From a virus (lineage: Duplodnaviria > Caudoviricetes): DNA of 26,209 bases. The DNA lies in the IMG/VR virus record IMGVR_UViG_3300048576_000562, positions 1 through 26,209 of that record; one strand, 5' to 3'. How positions within the stretch are numbered: the first letter of the stretch is position 1; every line of letters starts with the position of its first letter. The translations under genes and the position numbers were made by a program. Below the pieces are notes generated by a model. It was not told the origin of the DNA. It did not search any database and saw only the letters and a list, made by a program, of their open reading frames with translations. Shown here in pieces: positions 25,479 through 26,209 of this stretch.

Positions 25479-25517
25479 ACTTTTCCGAATAGAGAGTTAT
25501 TCTGTCAATGTTAGCAA
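25479..25517 (+). promoter_or_regulatory. Repeated 39-bp promoter-like motif, copy 3
   Basis: ACTTTTCCGAATAGAGAGTTATTCTGTCAATGTTAGCAA upstream of the RBS of 25537; 25/39 identical to copy 2; shares TGTTAGCAA with copy 1. Confidence 0.6.
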
Positions 25518-25536
25518 GAATATAAAGGATACCAAA

Positions 25537-25983
25537 ATGACAAACCTGAGTAAAGTAAAAGAGTTAGACGTAAAAGAAATCTTTAAAACCAATGAGGATG
25601 TAAAAAACTGGTTACTTGAAAATCCTGAACAGCTTGAAGAGGCAATACATATAGAACTTAAAAACCTCTGTCACACGGCAGGAATACCCGAAGAAGCAAG
25701 ACCTGACCTGTATGCAGAAGTAAATATGACCTATAACAAGGTAATTATTCAGGTAAATCTTGAAGAAGCTACTGACGATGATTTTAAAAGATTTTTAGCC
25801 ATAGCCGCAGTTAATAATGTTAAAAAAGCAGTTTGGATTGTAACCGGAATTGATGATAAAACCAGATGCATCCTCGACTGGCTTAACGAAAGAACCGAGC
25901 ATAAAACCCAATTCATAATTCTTAAATTATCAGCTTACCAAATAGAAAATTCACTCCCCGCAATAAATTTAGTAAGAATATAA
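25537..25983 (+). CDS. Stand-alone degenerate NucS-like/PD-(D/E)XK domain (N-terminal domain of DUF4268-type proteins)
   Basis: L.K.KE.D..EIF, WL.EN...L.EAI.IEL, RPDL.A, KVII, AVWI, LDWLNE.T and YQI.NSLPA match the N-terminal domain pattern of DUF4268-type proteins. Confidence 0.65.
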   Translation: MTNLSKVKELDVKEIFKTNEDVKNWLLENPEQLEEAIHIELKNLCHTAGIPEEARPDLYAEVNMTYNKVIIQVNLEEATDDDFKRFLAIAAVNNVKKAVWIVTGIDDKTRCILDWLNERTEHKTQFIILKLSAYQIENSLPAINLVRI

Positions 25984-25996
25984 AGGAGTTGTAAAT

Positions 25997-26209
25997 ATGA
26001 ATAACTACAAATTAACCGACACATGGCAACTCGAACCCGACTATACCCTTACTGAGCCTGAATTATTGAAGCTTGCATACGACTTATACTGCGGGGAACC
26101 TGTCGGGGAAGAGCTTAAACGAGCTAAACAGAAATTCGACAATGATATTCCTAAAGCCATAGCCTATATTGAAGAGCAGTGTGGTTGGAGGGCAGAGGTT
26201 TTAAACTAA
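25997..26209 (+). CDS. Hypothetical protein (70 aa)
   Basis: RBS AAGGAG; the ORF ends exactly at the window edge; no recognised family. Confidence 0.65.
   Translation: MNNYKLTDTWQLEPDYTLTEPELLKLAYDLYCGEPVGEELKRAKQKFDNDIPKAIAYIEEQCGWRAEVLN

Noticed and set aside
23752-25517. CRISPR-like or attC-like array reading of the 39-bp repeats
   Set aside because: Copies are only about 65% identical, 700-1000 bp apart and each sits just before an RBS; no cas or integron integrase gene and no RYYYAAC/GTTRRRY attC structure.
1-26209. Host assignment (proteins reminded me of Melainabacteria/Gastranaerophilales prophage clusters)
   Set aside because: This is recollection only; there are no host marker genes in the window and it needs a BLAST or taxonomy check.

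Overview
AT-rich, gene-dense window holding an apparently complete virion-morphogenesis region of a Mu-like/P2-like contractile-tailed (myovirus) prophage or phage-derived element, split into two divergent operons. The leftward operon (6782->70, - strand) has two tandem DUF1804-like small-terminase paralogues, a Mu gp28-type large terminase, a DUF935 portal and Mu F- and G-like head genes. Two DNA methyltransferases (an N4/N6 beta-class and a Dam/D12-class enzyme) are inserted between these genes. The rightward operon (7142->23729, + strand) has a Mu I-like protease/scaffold, major capsid, a Pro/Thr-rich protein, DUF2190, gp36, gp37, sheath, tube, tail chaperone with a -1 frameshift extension, tape measure, P2-like U/X/D/V/W/J/I baseplate genes, a tail fibre, a putative fibre chaperone and a permuted papain-like (YiiX/NlpC-P60) enzyme. 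A 70-bp near-perfect palindrome sits between the two operons. At the right end (23752-26209) is an accessory cassette in which three transcription units each start from a repeated 39-bp promoter-like motif; it includes two degenerate DUF4268/NucS-like nuclease-fold proteins. No transposase, integrase, repressor, replication gene, holin or canonical endolysin is visible inside the window. All family assignments come from motif recognition and gene order by eye, not from database searches.
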